From: Nostoc sp. DedSLP01
Lineage (GTDB): Bacteria > Cyanobacteriota > Cyanobacteriia > Cyanobacteriales > Nostocaceae
Direction of reading: 5' to 3'
NCBI GenBank assembly: GCA_034530875.2
Contig: JAVRCJ020000006.1
Span: 64,001-128,000, forward strand
Length of the DNA stretch: 64,000 nucleotides
Both the position numbers and the translations under genes were made by a program. Numbering within the stretch: position 1 is the stretch's first letter; every line of letters starts with the position of its first letter. Positions 1-11,059 of this stretch are shown in pieces. The notes under the pieces were generated by a model. It had not been told where the DNA came from. It was given only the letters and a program-made list of their open reading frames with translations, and did no database searches.

Positions 1-579
1 CCCATCCACTCAACCCATGTGATAGCCCATATCCGTAAAGCTACTCAAGGTGAAGTTGCTTTACACAACTGTCATCCATTCCGCAGAGAATTGTGGGGTA
101 AGTATTGGGTATTTGCCCACAACGGTAATTTACCAGATTTTAACCCCAAAAATAAGGGCTTTTATCAAGCTGTAGGCGATACCGATAGCGAAAAAGCATT
201 CTGTCTAATGTTAGAAACATTACGCCAGCGTTTTCCTGAAGGTGAGCCTTCCTTGAAAGAACTCTATTCTGTGCTGCAAGAAATTACTGGAGAAATTGCC
301 AAAATAGGCATGTTTAACTATTTGCTCTCAGACGGAGAACACTTTTTTGCTTATTGCTCAACCAAACTCAGCTATATTGTACGCCAAGCGCCCTTTGCTG
401 CTGCCCATTTAATTGACCAAGACATGACTGTGGATTTTCGGGAAGTGACTACCGAACGCGATCGCGTCGCCGTCATCGCTACCACTCCCCTCACTGACAA
501 CGAAGTTTGGACGCAAATCGAACCCGGAGAATTGCTAGTCTTTCAAGACGGATTACCTCTAAAATATGCCTCTACCTAA
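1..579 (+). CDS. Class II glutamine amidotransferase (YafJ/EgtC-like), 5' end outside the window
   Basis: Motifs IAHIRKAT, NCHPF, FAHNG and GDTDSE of the GATase_4 family; frame is open to the window edge. Confidence 0.88.
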   Translation, partial: PIHSTHVIAHIRKATQGEVALHNCHPFRRELWGKYWVFAHNGNLPDFNPKNKGFYQAVGDTDSEKAFCLMLETLRQRFPEGEPSLKELYSVLQEITGEIAKIGMFNYLLSDGEHFFAYCSTKLSYIVRQAPFAAAHLIDQDMTVDFREVTTERDRVAVIATTPLTDNEVWTQIEPGELLVFQDGLPLKYAST

Positions 580-1124
580 CACAGGTATCAGTTGGGTAAA
601 TTAATAACATTACTCAACAAATACTTCGTCGTTTTCTTGCAAATATCAGTCCTAGCAATTTAACTTGATTTTCTTCAAACCACAAACTCTAGATTCCCGA
701 TTTACTTAAGAAGTTGGGAATCTTATTATTTATATTTCATAATTAATACTATTAAAAAAAATCCTATTAGAAAATACTAATTTTTACCAACTTTTCAGAA
801 TATACCCAACTTAGTTGTTACCAATTATTTTCATAATAAATACCATTTTTACTGGTATAAAAATTTCATTTACAGTGATTTTTTTCTGTATTAATATAGT
901 GAAGCTTAATACTTCAATGGTCAAATTCTAAATATCTATTGTCTATTTTAAGGAGACAGAAGGACGAAGGCAGTTCTTGCTGGAGGTAATCCCCATAAAT
1001 AAATTTAGGGGCTTTAAACCCTTTTAGCAGAGGGCAAAAATTGTATTTTTTACCTTCTGCCTCCTGCCTTTCTTCGGTAAGAATTATCTAAAAATATATT
1101 GCTAACAACAAAAAATATTTTGTT

Positions 1125-1883
1125 ATGTCTGGCATTCAATTAATATTGCTTGTAGCAATTTTCTTTATAACAAGTGTTATCAGCGTGATTACAGGAAGCA
1201 CTTCTTTAATTACCGTTCCTGTAATGTTGCAATTTAGTATTGAACCGCGTACTGCTCTTGCTACCAATATGCTGGCATTAACCTTTATGAGCGTTGGCGG
1301 TACATTGCCTTTTATTGGTAAAAAAATAATTGATTATAATCGCTTACCAATTATTATTTTTCTCACGGTTGTAGGTTCAATTATTGGTGCATTGCTTGTT
1401 TTAGTTATTCCTTCAGACTCGATGCCTGCAATTATCTCAGTTTTAATGATTGTAGTTGCTATATTCTCAATTTTCAATCGTGATGCTGGAATTATTTCAA
1501 CAAAAAAGCAGCCATCAATAATAATAGAAATCTGTGGCTATCTAGCAACTTTTTTACTTGGCGTTTATGGTGGTTTTTTTAGTGGCGGCTACGTCACAAT
1601 GTTGACAGTAGTTTATGTCAGCCTATTTCGGATGACATTTGTTCAGGCAGTCGCAAACACAAAATTTATTAATATTTTTTCTTCGCTAATTGCTACGATT
1701 ATTTTCTTCACACAGGGAATAGTCGATTACAAACTTGGTATTATTTTGAGTATTACTATGTTTCTTGGTGGAATCGTTGGTTCGCAGATTGCCTTTAAAC
1801 TCAACAATATCGGGTTGCGGCGTATATTTATCACTACAGTAATTGCTCTGGCAATCAAGACTTTATTTGATTTTCTTACATAG
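1125..1883 (+). CDS. TauE/SafE family sulfite exporter
   Basis: 252 aa with about 8 hydrophobic segments, GVYGGFFSGG motif, upstream of the sulfate ABC genes. Confidence 0.85.
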   Translation: MSGIQLILLVAIFFITSVISVITGSTSLITVPVMLQFSIEPRTALATNMLALTFMSVGGTLPFIGKKIIDYNRLPIIIFLTVVGSIIGALLVLVIPSDSMPAIISVLMIVVAIFSIFNRDAGIISTKKQPSIIIEICGYLATFLLGVYGGFFSGGYVTMLTVVYVSLFRMTFVQAVANTKFINIFSSLIATIIFFTQGIVDYKLGIILSITMFLGGIVGSQIAFKLNNIGLRRIFITTVIALAIKTLFDFLT

Positions 1884-2271
1884 TTACCAGAAATTTATAG
1901 CAAATTTACCGCTAATAGAATTCCAATTAAAAAAATAATCAATCATTTTGGTAAGCTTTTGATTTTAAAATATCTAAGTAATGTTTAATAATTACCCATC
2001 AACCGCAAAAACTCTGTTTAGCCCATGCCCTATTTTCTAGCAAGTTGCTTGATTGCTGGAGTTTTTAACTGTGATGAAAATTTCATATTTGAATCTTGGA
2101 GTATTTGTAATTTCTCATAAAACTGATACAATCACCATATTTTCTATCGGAATATGATATTTTTAGTTGTTTGTAACTAAATTACTGCAAAATCTGGTAT
2201 ATACTACACCATATAGGAACATATAACTGTATTCCTATCTAGTAAGTGTAGATTTAGCGGAGGAAATTAGG

Positions 2272-3417
2272 ATGAGTTTGTGGCAGCGCCCACTGGAAAG
2301 ATTGCAAGCGTTCGCTGAACCTCAAATCAATCGGTTCAGAGTGAATTCGCTCAAAGGGTTTGTATCGCTTTTTTTAGTAGGATCGTTATTGAGTGTAGCG
2401 GTTGCTGCCTGCTCTGGTGGAAATGGGAATAATGTTTCTACAGAACCTCCTGCTGCTTCTCCCGTGGCTGCAAGTAAGAGTAATGTTGAACTAACTTTAG
2501 TTTCTTTTGCAGTTACTAAAGCTGCTCACGAAGCTATCATTCCTAAATTTGTAGAACAGTGGAAAAAAGACCATAACCAAACTGTCACCTTCAAGCAAAG
2601 TTATGGTGGTTCTGGTTCCCAAACTCGTGCCGTTATTGATGGTTTGGAAGCAGATGTTGTCCACCTAGCGCTGGCAGGAGATACTGCAAAGATTGAGAAG
2701 GCTGGACTAATTCAATCAGGATGGGAAAAAGAAGTTCCCAACAATGGTATTGTCTCTAAATCTGTGGCAGCCCTAATAACTCGTCCTGGTAATCCTAAAG
2801 GCCTTAAGACTTGGGCAGATTTAGCCACAGGCAATGTAAAACTGATTACTGCTGACCCCAAAACCTCAGGCATTGCTAAGTGGAATTTCTTGGCGTTATG
2901 GAACTCTGTGATTAAAACAGGTGGAGATGAGGCTAAAGCTACTGAGTTTGTCACAAAAGTTTATAATAATGTCCCAATCCTAACTAAGGATGCGCGGGAA
3001 GCCACAGACACATTTGCCAAGCAGGGTCAAGGAGATGCCTTAATTAACTACGAAAACGAAGTTATTCTGGCGCAACAAAAAGGCGAAAAAGTTGAGTATG
3101 TCGTCCCGGAAGTAAATATATCCATCGACAATCCCATCGCTGTAGTAGATAAAAACGTTGATAAGCACGGTACGCGGGAAGTTGCTGAAGCTTTTGTGAA
3201 ATACCTTTATACTCCAGAAGCACAACAAGAGTTTGTGAAATTAGGATTCAGACCTGTAGATGAAAGTTTAGCTCAAACTAAAGAAGTCACAGATAAGTTT
3301 CCCAAAGTAAAAACTTTAGGTACAGTTCAGGACTTTGGTGGTTGGGGAGAAATTGATAAAAAGTTCTTCGCAGATGGAGGCGTGTTTGATAAGATACAGG
3401 CTCAAAAGAAAAGGTAA
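2272..3417 (+). CDS. sbpA: Sulfate ABC transporter substrate-binding protein
   Basis: QSYGGSGSQTRAVIDGLEADVV, DPKTSG and NYENE motifs; lipobox-like AVAAC. Confidence 0.93.
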   Translation: MSLWQRPLERLQAFAEPQINRFRVNSLKGFVSLFLVGSLLSVAVAACSGGNGNNVSTEPPAASPVAASKSNVELTLVSFAVTKAAHEAIIPKFVEQWKKDHNQTVTFKQSYGGSGSQTRAVIDGLEADVVHLALAGDTAKIEKAGLIQSGWEKEVPNNGIVSKSVAALITRPGNPKGLKTWADLATGNVKLITADPKTSGIAKWNFLALWNSVIKTGGDEAKATEFVTKVYNNVPILTKDAREATDTFAKQGQGDALINYENEVILAQQKGEKVEYVVPEVNISIDNPIAVVDKNVDKHGTREVAEAFVKYLYTPEAQQEFVKLGFRPVDESLAQTKEVTDKFPKVKTLGTVQDFGGWGEIDKKFFADGGVFDKIQAQKKR

Positions 3418-3445
3418 TTAAAAAGGAGAATTCAGAATTCAGAAT

Positions 3446-3469
3446 GGGCTACGCCCCGCTACGCTAACA
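3446..3469. repeat. 24-nt small dispersed repeat (SDR-like) inside an STRR tract
   Basis: GC-rich GGGCTACGCCCCGCTACGCTAACA interrupts (CAGAATT)n; resembles the Nostocales short dispersed repeats. Confidence 0.6.
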
Positions 3470-3560
3470 GAAATCAGAATCAGAAAATTGTAATTTTCTG
3501 AGTCTTCTGCTTTACTCCTGAATTCTTCTTAAAAAGAACTCAGTAACTAGAATTAATTAT

Positions 3561-3611
3561 TCTGACTTCTGACTTCTGACTTCTGAATTCTGACTCCTGA
3601 CTCCTGAATTC
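3561..3611. repeat. STRR heptamer tandem array (TCTGACT/CCTGACT/TCTGAAT)
   Basis: About 7 tandem heptamers between sbpA and cysT. Confidence 0.85.
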
Positions 3612-3629
3612 TATTTTGAACTTTTGATT

Positions 3630-4493
3630 ATGACGACGACTGTATCTTCCTCTGTAGAAGCCGAACGTAAAAAACCTTTTTGGAAGACATTGCAGCGAGT
3701 TCCCTGGACTTGGCGAATCACTATCGCATACTTGACAGTAATGTTATTTATGCCCATAGTTGCTATGTTCCTGAAGGCGAGTACTGAACCTCCGGCTAAG
3801 TTTTGGGCGATCGCCACTAGCGATATTGCACTAGCAACATATAATGTCACTTTTGTTACTTCAATATTTGCTGCTTTCCTCAATGGTATATTTGGTACTT
3901 TGATAGCTTGGGTCTTGGTACGTTACGACTTTCCATTGAAACGCTTTGTTGATGCCACAGTAGATTTACCGTTTGCATTGCCAACATCGGTAGCAGGATT
4001 AACATTAGCAACAGTTTACAGCGATAACGGTTGGATAGGCTCCCTACTATCACCTTTAGGAATTAAAGTATCTTTCACCCGGACGGGAGTAGCGGTAGCA
4101 ATGATTTTTATCTCGCTACCCTTTGTGGTGAGAACCGTGCAACCCGTACTCCAGGAAATGGAACATGAAATTGAAGAAGCTGCCTGGTGTTTGGGTGCTT
4201 CTCAATGGCAAACTTTTTGGAAAGTGATTTTGCCACCATTATTTCCGACGATTTTGACTGGTGTTGCCTTGGGTTTCTCCCGTGCAGTTGGAGAATATGG
4301 TTCAACAGTAATTATTTCTTCCAATACACCATATCAAGATTTAATTGCGCCTGTGCTGATTTTTCAAAGATTAGAGCAGTATGACTATTCTGGAGCAACA
4401 GTAATCGGCATAGTTCTACTATCAATTTCATTAATATTGCTATTGGCAATTAATTTCTTACAAGCATGGGCAAGGCGATATGACAGTAGATAA
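3630..4493 (+). CDS. cysT: Sulfate ABC transporter permease CysT
   Basis: [15 protein letters not shown] loop [21 protein letters not shown] at 3630 preferred to TTG at 3624. Confidence 0.94.
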   Translation: MTTTVSSSVEAERKKPFWKTLQRVPWTWRITIAYLTVMLFMPIVAMFLKASTEPPAKFWAIATSDIALATYNVTFVTSIFAAFLNGIFGTLIAWVLVRYDFPLKRFVDATVDLPFALPTSVAGLTLATVYSDNGWIGSLLSPLGIKVSFTRTGVAVAMIFISLPFVVRTVQPVLQEMEHEIEEAAWCLGASQWQTFWKVILPPLFPTILTGVALGFSRAVGEYGSTVIISSNTPYQDLIAPVLIFQRLEQYDYSGATVIGIVLLSISLILLLAINFLQAWARRYDSR

Positions 4494-5361
4494 GCCAAGT
4501 TTTCACTCATCTGCATCTGATGAAATTGCATATACACCCAAACCGCAACAGAAGAACAAGTGGGTGCCGATACTTTTAATTGGTATAGCGATCGCTTATT
4601 TAAGCTTAGTTCAATATCTGCCTGCAATTAACGTTTTTGTCCAAGCCTTTAGCAAGGGAGTCGGGCCATTTCTAGCTAATCTGAGCAAACCAGCCTTTCT
4701 CCATGCAGCTTGGTTGACACTATTATTAGCCGCGATCGCTCTACCATTAAATACAGTATTTGGTTTGTGTGCGGCTTGGGCGATCGCTCGCTATAAATTT
4801 CCCGGACGCGCTGTAGTTTTGAGCATTATTGACCTGCCCTTTTCCATCTCCCCCGTAGTCGCCGGACTAATGATTGTCCTACTTTACGGACGTAATGGCT
4901 GGTTTGGCCCTTGGTTGCAAGCGCATGACATCAAGATTATCTTTGCTTTTCCAGGCATGGTGTTGGCTACAGCCTTCGTCAGTATGCCCTTCGTAGCGCG
5001 GGAAGTAATTCCTGTTTTAGAAGAATTTGGCAAAGATCAAGAAGAAGCTGCCAGAACTTTAGGTGCTAAAGACTGGCAAATATTTTGGCGCATCACCTTA
5101 CCTAGTATCCGTTGGGGCTTACTCTACGGTTTAATTTTGACCAACGCCAGAGCAATGGGAGAATTCGGTGCAGTTTCCGTAGTTTCAGGCAACATTGCCG
5201 ATCAAACCCAGAGTCTACCACTATTTGTAGAAGACGCTTACAAACAATATGAAACCGAAGCCGCCTTTTCTGCTGCCGTACTGTTAGCATTACTAGCAGT
5301 AGTTACCCTAATCCTAAAAGAGATTTTAGAACGCAAAACCCGCATTAAAGATGTTGAATAA
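4480..5361 (+). CDS. cysW: Sulfate ABC transporter permease CysW
   Basis: [36 protein letters not shown]; overlaps the cysT stop. Confidence 0.94.
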   Translation: MTVDKPSFHSSASDEIAYTPKPQQKNKWVPILLIGIAIAYLSLVQYLPAINVFVQAFSKGVGPFLANLSKPAFLHAAWLTLLLAAIALPLNTVFGLCAAWAIARYKFPGRAVVLSIIDLPFSISPVVAGLMIVLLYGRNGWFGPWLQAHDIKIIFAFPGMVLATAFVSMPFVAREVIPVLEEFGKDQEEAARTLGAKDWQIFWRITLPSIRWGLLYGLILTNARAMGEFGAVSVVSGNIADQTQSLPLFVEDAYKQYETEAAFSAAVLLALLAVVTLILKEILERKTRIKDVE

Positions 5362-5376
5362 ACCAAGATCCGCGTT

Positions 5377-5447
5377 ACCCCACCCCGGTTTTGTCTAAAG
5401 CCAAAACCGCCCCTCCCCTTGCCAAGGGGAGGGGTTAGGGGTGGGGT
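5377..5447. repeat. GC-rich branched palindromic repeat (REP/MITE-like)
   Basis: Outer arms ACCCCACCCC...GGGGTGGGGT enclose CGGTTTTG/CAAAACCG and CCCCTCCCCTT/AAGGGGAGGGG hairpins. Confidence 0.75.
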
Positions 5448-5552
5448 GAAACGCTTGTGGGATAGGCGTTTGAGCTTAAGTTGACACCAATGCCTGCCCC
5501 TGTGCCCCTTTGCCTTTACACCTTCCCACTTCCTCTACAGAGAGTGACAATC

Positions 5553-5819
5553 ATGGCTACAGAGAATACGCTTAACGATAAACGGATTCGAGTTAGAATT
5601 CCCAAGAACTATCACCAGGAACCTGTGATTTCACGGCTGGTATCTGATTACGGTCTGACTGTAAATATTACAGCAGCAATTTTGGGAGCTAATGCTGTCG
5701 GTGATGGTTGGTTTGATCTTGAACTCAAGGGAACGCAGGCACAAATTCAAAGTGGACTAGCTTATCTCCATGATTTGAAGTTAGAAGTTTGGGATGATAG
5801 TAAACCAAGTGATTGGTAA
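5553..5819 (+). CDS. NIL domain-containing protein
   Basis: RIRVRIP...EPVISRLVSDYGLTVNITAA...GWFDLEL; ATG 5553 preferred because the upstream extension runs through repeat DNA. Confidence 0.85.
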   Translation: MATENTLNDKRIRVRIPKNYHQEPVISRLVSDYGLTVNITAAILGANAVGDGWFDLELKGTQAQIQSGLAYLHDLKLEVWDDSKPSDW

Positions 5820-5896
5820 ATTAATTTTTGTAATTGGTGGTAACGCTGCTTGTGCGGCGCTTATATAGCAATAATTTGCAATTCAATAGACTACAC

Positions 5897-5926
5897 TAGG
5901 GGCGCACAGGTATCTGTGCGCCCCTA
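5897..5926. repeat. GTAG-family REP-like hairpin
   Basis: TAGGGGCGCACAG-gtat-CTGTGCGCCCCTA; relatives at 16706, 21096 and 41472. Confidence 0.8.
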
Positions 5927-6265
5927 CACTCATTTAATTACTGTGGTAGTGCCGGATTGGAGTGGATTTTAATCCTTTCTTCTGCATAATTTATTTTTTT
6001 CTTAATCTTGCAATGGAAACATTTTTAAGGCTAGTTCAGTTCTCTCGTGACTACTATCAACAAACTTCCATTCCGAATCTTAATTGTTTTATACCCTGAG
6101 TCAGACAATTTTGAATCTTAGATATTGGAGTTTGGATTGATTCCATCGAGCAATCTGGGGGCTTGAGAAGATGATTGATTTCTCTGCAAATCATGGATTT
6201 AGAGAACTGCCATAGCTAGCTGGCGATCGCTCTCAAATCAAACATCCTAAAATAACAATCTAATT

Positions 6266-9200
6266 ATGGCAATTAAATTAGTAGGTTTTGCCTCTTTACC
6301 CGCTGATACTTATGGTAAAGGGCCGGCTTCTGGCGAACAAATTTCAGCTAATGGTAGAACCGGACCTTTCCCAGGACAGCCAATACAAGGCTTTAGCGGT
6401 GTCCAGTTTGCTAATAATAACTCTTTCTATTTCCTGTCAGATAATGGTTACGGTGCTAAAGATAATAGCGATGACTTTTTGTTACGCATCCATCGCCTAA
6501 AACCAAATTTTCAGGGCATAGAAAATGGTGATGGCACTGTTAAAATTTTAGATTTCATTCAACTGTCTGACCCTAACAAAAAGATTCCTTTCTCAATAGT
6601 TAACGAAGGTACTAGCGATAGATTACTGACTGGTGCTGACTTTGATATAGAGTCATTCGTAATTGCTAAAGACGGTACTATTTGGATTGGAGATGAATTT
6701 GGCCCTTACCTACTGCATTTTGATGCTACTGGTAAGTTATTAGAAGCTCCCATTGCAACACCCGATGAATTCAAGACTTTAGACGGTAAAGCACCGAAAG
6801 TACTTGGCCATAGAGGTGCAAGCGGCTATCGTCCAGAGCATACCCTGGAGTCATATAAACTAGCAATTGAGCAAGGTGCTGACTTTATTGAACCAGACTT
6901 GGTAGTTACTAAGGACGGTGTGTTGATTGCTCGTCATGAGCCTGCTTTAGCAGTTTTGAATGCTGATGGTACTGTTAATCTCAGCAATACAACCACAGAT
7001 GTTTACAAGCGCCCAGAGTTTGCGAATCGTAAGAAAACAGTAAGCTTAGATGGCAACACAATTACAGGTTGGTTTGCAGAAGACTTTACCTTAGCTGAAA
7101 TCAAAACTTTACGAGCAGTAGAACGTCTACCTTTCCGCGACCATTCTTTTGACGGGCAATTTGAGATTCCTACTCTCACAGAAGTCATCGATTTAGTTAA
7201 GCAAGTAGAAGCCAACACAGGTAAAAAGATTGGTATTTACCCAGAAACTAAGCATCCGACTTATTTTGCCGATGAAGCTACATACATAGGCACTAACGAG
7301 AAAATAAACAGAAATATCAGTCAGATACTCATCGATACCCTCAAAGCAAATAATTTTACTGACCCCGGCCGCATTTTCATCCAATCCTTTGAAGTTAGCA
7401 ATCTCAAGGATCTACACGATCGCATTATGCCTGCGGCTGGCGTAGATATCCCACTCGTGCAACTTTTAGACGCCAGCGATATTGACATAAACGGCAAGAT
7501 TATTGAAAGCCAGCCTTACGATTTGAAAGTCAAAGGCGATACTCGCACTTATGGCGATTTGCGAACTCCAGAAGGCTTGGCTGAAATTGCTAGTTATGCT
7601 GATGGCATCGGCCCTTGGAAGCGAATGATTGTTAGCGTCAAAGGTACTGATGCCAATAATGATGGTCAAGCAGATGATGTCAATGGCGATGGCAAAGTTG
7701 ATGATGCTGACAAGAACACTTTACCTCCCAGTACCTTAGTTCAAGATGCTCACAATGCAGGTTTGCTAGTCCACCCCTACACCTTCCGTGCAGAAAATCA
7801 GTATTTAGCGGCAGATTACCAAGGTAAGCTAGCACTAGAAATTCAGCAGTTCTATCAATTAGGGGTAGATGCGCTGTTCTCAGATTTCCCAAATATCGCC
7901 GATAAAGTACGCGATCGCCTCGTAGACGATCCCCAGTACAATATAGTGCGATCGCCACAAAACCCAGACGTTCTTTCAGGTGACGCTTTTGCTAACTTGG
8001 CTGGTTCCAAAGGTTTTGAAGGTGGAGCAATCAACGCCAGTAAAACTAAGCTTTATCTTCTGTTAGAAGGGACAGTCCAAGGCGATACTCCCGGTGCTTT
8101 GCGGATTAACGAATTTGATTTAGCCAGCCGCAAGTATATTGATAATAAACTCTACTACAGCCTGGATAATCCTGGAAATTCCATTGGAGATTTAGCAGTC
8201 ATCAATGATAATGAATACCTCGTCATTGAGCGCGATAACAATCAAGGAACTGCTGCTCAATTCAAGAAAATCTACAAAATTGACTTGTCTAAAGCAGATT
8301 CCAATGGCTACGTAGCCAAAGAAGAAGTTGCAGACTTGTTAAATATTCAAGACCCCAACGACTTGAACGGGGATGGCAAAACTACCTTTGATTTCCCCTT
8401 CCAAACAATTGAAGATGTTTTACTTATTGACAAAAACACCATTTTGGTAGCCAATGACAACAACTATCCCTTCTCAACAGGTCGTCCTGGAAACGATCCT
8501 CAAAATCCAGTCATAGATAACAACGAAATTATTCTCCTGAAATTGGAGAATCCCCTTAACCTTGCTCCTGGCTTAGGTCAGCCTCAAGGTGAAAAATTTG
8601 ATTTTGGCTCGACTAACAGCGATACCGTTACACTTGAGCCAGGAAAAATATTGTTTGCAGGTGAGGGAGCAGACTTTGTAGAAGGTAGTACAAGTAACAC
8701 AATCCAGACTGGCAATGGTGAAGATACTGTGCTGGTTGGCAATAACTCCTCAGTGTCAGCCGGGGATGGTAACGATCGTATCTTTGTTGGTCAAAACGGT
8801 GCTGCTGGCAATACTAGTGCCGATGGTGGTAATAATGACGACCAAATTACTGTAGTCGAAGCCAACGCTACTAATAACCTATTTGGCGGTGCTGGGGCTG
8901 ACACTCTGACGGTTGTTGAAGGTTCGCGTCAATTTTTATTCGCTGGCTCAGGCAATGATACCCTCACCAGTAACGGCAGCAATAACAGTTTGTATGGTGG
9001 TACTGGAGATGACAAACTCTTCTCTAATGCCAATGATGCCTTGTTTGGTGGCAATGGAGATGATGCGCTATTTGCAGGTCAAGCAGGTGGTAACCGCCTA
9101 ACTGGTGGTACTGGTGCAGACCAGTTTTGGATTGCTAATGCCAGTCTGCCAACTAGCAAGAATATCGTCACTGATTTTACCATTGGCATCGATAAAATTG

Positions 9201-9364
9201 GGCTTGGCGGTATTGGCGTGAATCAATTTAGCGCCTTAACGCTATTGCAACAAGGTAGTGACACTTTGGTGAAAACCGGAAATACAGAGTTGGCTTTATT
9301 AGTGGGAATTACCTCAACTAGTATCACAGCCAATGATGTTGTTTTTGCTACTAGCGGGGTTTAG
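6266..9364 (+). CDS. Phytase-like esterase with an inserted glycerophosphodiester phosphodiesterase domain and C-terminal RTX Ca-binding repeats
   Basis: Phytase-like motifs LSDNGYG, DIES, GDEFGP and NDNN; GDPD motifs [30 protein letters not shown] and HPYTFR; GGxGxD repeats. Confidence 0.88.
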   Translation: MAIKLVGFASLPADTYGKGPASGEQISANGRTGPFPGQPIQGFSGVQFANNNSFYFLSDNGYGAKDNSDDFLLRIHRLKPNFQGIENGDGTVKILDFIQLSDPNKKIPFSIVNEGTSDRLLTGADFDIESFVIAKDGTIWIGDEFGPYLLHFDATGKLLEAPIATPDEFKTLDGKAPKVLGHRGASGYRPEHTLESYKLAIEQGADFIEPDLVVTKDGVLIARHEPALAVLNADGTVNLSNTTTDVYKRPEFANRKKTVSLDGNTITGWFAEDFTLAEIKTLRAVERLPFRDHSFDGQFEIPTLTEVIDLVKQVEANTGKKIGIYPETKHPTYFADEATYIGTNEKINRNISQILIDTLKANNFTDPGRIFIQSFEVSNLKDLHDRIMPAAGVDIPLVQLLDASDIDINGKIIESQPYDLKVKGDTRTYGDLRTPEGLAEIASYADGIGPWKRMIVSVKGTDANNDGQADDVNGDGKVDDADKNTLPPSTLVQDAHNAGLLVHPYTFRAENQYLAADYQGKLALEIQQFYQLGVDALFSDFPNIADKVRDRLVDDPQYNIVRSPQNPDVLSGDAFANLAGSKGFEGGAINASKTKLYLLLEGTVQGDTPGALRINEFDLASRKYIDNKLYYSLDNPGNSIGDLAVINDNEYLVIERDNNQGTAAQFKKIYKIDLSKADSNGYVAKEEVADLLNIQDPNDLNGDGKTTFDFPFQTIEDVLLIDKNTILVANDNNYPFSTGRPGNDPQNPVIDNNEIILLKLENPLNLAPGLGQPQGEKFDFGSTNSDTVTLEPGKILFAGEGADFVEGSTSNTIQTGNGEDTVLVGNNSSVSAGDGNDRIFVGQNGAAGNTSADGGNNDDQITVVEANATNNLFGGAGADTLTVVEGSRQFLFAGSGNDTLTSNGSNNSLYGGTGDDKLFSNANDALFGGNGDDALFAGQAGGNRLTGGTGADQFWIANASLPTSKNIVTDFTIGIDKIGLGGIGVNQFSALTLLQQGSDTLVKTGNTELALLVGITSTSITANDVVFATSGV

Positions 9365-9422
9365 CCTCAAGATGATTACAGCTGAAATTTCAAATTAATC
9401 AAGCTGTAGTAATTTTGCTATT

Positions 9423-9452
9423 GCGAGGGAGTGATACTCTCTCGCTTTTTTT
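9423..9452 (+). terminator. Intrinsic terminator
   Basis: GCGAGGGAG-tgata-CTCTCTCGC followed by a T-run. Confidence 0.75.
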
Positions 9453-9549
9453 ATAGCAACAGCCAACGTGGTTAGGACATTAACAGATGATAAAACTTAG
9501 ACACAACAAAACTTTTCACCCAATCCCCACTCACCAGTCCCTTGCTATA
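9452..9549. mobile_element. MITE-like element
   Basis: Terminal inverted repeats TATAGCAA...TTGCTATA with an internal STRR remnant; same ends as the element at 47300. Confidence 0.6.
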
Positions 9550-9618
9550 CAAGTTGTTTGCAAAGTGCTTGGCTGTAATTTTAACGATCTGCGCCTTGAC
9601 CTGTAACATAGAAAAGGG

Positions 9619-10506
9619 ATGGCGATCGCGCATTTACATCCTAATATGAACGTATCTAACAAATTCTGCTTTTGTACCTTAGCTGTGGGTGAGAGATATC
9701 GCACTCACGCACGGATGTTAGCTCAAGATATTCAGCAACACGCATATCCTACACCGCTATGCATTCTGACTGATAAGCCAGAGTATTTTCAGGAATTTCC
9801 TCACGTTCTGGCATTCAAGCACCGCCTGCAAAGTGTCAAAGGATATCACGATAAACGCTTCGTTCTGGAAAAAGCTCTTTCACTATTTGAGAGTTGCATG
9901 TTCTTAGATTCTGATGTCCGAATTCTTGGTACTGTAGTCCAAGAAATGAATTGGCTTAGTGGAATCACAGCTAGAGCTGGTTGCGATTTGGTGCAACATA
10001 TAAAAAATATTAAACATCCAAAAGAAATTCAAATTATAGAAGAAGTAGCTGCAAAACTAAATATTAATCTTCAACAAGTGCAGTGGTTCCATGAATTCAT
10101 GTTTGCTATGAAAAGACAGGGAGAATTAGATAAAAAGTTTTTTCAGCTTTGGCAGACGATTTCTTATTTATTTGAAATCCGAGGAATTTATCACGGTGAA
10201 GGTTATGCTATGGGGCTAGCTGCCGCTAAATTAGGAATGGCGATCGAATTTGACCGCGAAGATAAATTTCCCTTTTTTAAAGATAATATCGAGCGAGTAA
10301 GAATCAAAAAAGGACAATCTAATCTCCAGGAGAAACAAATATATTTTGACATTCACAAAAATATTGAATATCAAAAACGTCCAATTTTGCAAAAAACAAC
10401 CGATAAATTGATTAAAAAATTAGTGTTTTCTTATAGATTATTGCGATTAAGAAAGTTAGCCAAAAATGATGCTGATTTTAACAAGCTGTTTGGTGTAGGA
10501 ATATAG
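9619..10506 (+). CDS. Hypothetical protein, probable GT-A fold glycosyltransferase
   Basis: N-terminal beta strand FCFCTLAVG, ILTD, K...FLDSD (DxD-like motif). Confidence 0.55.
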   Translation: MAIAHLHPNMNVSNKFCFCTLAVGERYRTHARMLAQDIQQHAYPTPLCILTDKPEYFQEFPHVLAFKHRLQSVKGYHDKRFVLEKALSLFESCMFLDSDVRILGTVVQEMNWLSGITARAGCDLVQHIKNIKHPKEIQIIEEVAAKLNINLQQVQWFHEFMFAMKRQGELDKKFFQLWQTISYLFEIRGIYHGEGYAMGLAAAKLGMAIEFDREDKFPFFKDNIERVRIKKGQSNLQEKQIYFDIHKNIEYQKRPILQKTTDKLIKKLVFSYRLLRLRKLAKNDADFNKLFGVGI

Positions 10507-10556
10507 ATTGTGGAATAGCGATCGCATTTAATTGGCTTGTTCTCAACCATTAGCGC

Positions 10557-10688
10557 TAATATCAAGTTCGCTCAATCACTTATAAATTCCGAAACACCCC
10601 ACCCGCGCTGCCGCGCACCCTCCCCAATGCCTTGGGGAGGGGTAACGCGAGAAATGCAATGATAACCAATCATCCGAACTTAATATTA
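10557..10688. mobile_element. MITE-like element (132 bp)
   Basis: 14-bp terminal inverted repeats TAATATCAAGTTCG / CGAACTTAATATTA (1 mismatch); internal CCCTCCCCAA...TTGGGGAGGG hairpin. Confidence 0.7.
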
Positions 10689-11059
10689 ATTCTTTACCTA
10701 GCTTGTTCGGTGGCTTTCTCTCCTGCCTTCATCAAGTGCAGTAAAACTGACGCCAAATAAAGTATTAAAAGCTACTCTTTTTGCTTATTTGTTCTGATTT
10801 TTAACAAGTATAATACTGTTAAATTTAGAGAGATAACTCTGTATTAACACTTAAATTATCAAAAGTCACAAAGGAAAATTATTAATTTAAAAGCGTTCTC
10901 TAGTGTTTGTTGTTTCTGCAACACAGGCACAAGAAGGCATTAGCTAGCTGCCATCGCAACTCGTAACAGTTTATGAAAATATATGTAATTTTGTCAGAAA
11001 AATTACATATCTCAATCTACATGGGCATCTTAAAAATACTTGTGTTACATGTAAAAACA

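Noticed and set aside
10973..11059. N-terminal extensions in the ORF track (kinase, NIL, panD, ycf49, first Uma2, zicK-like gene)
   Set aside because: They run through repeats or non-coding-like sequence; downstream ATGs match the family N-termini better
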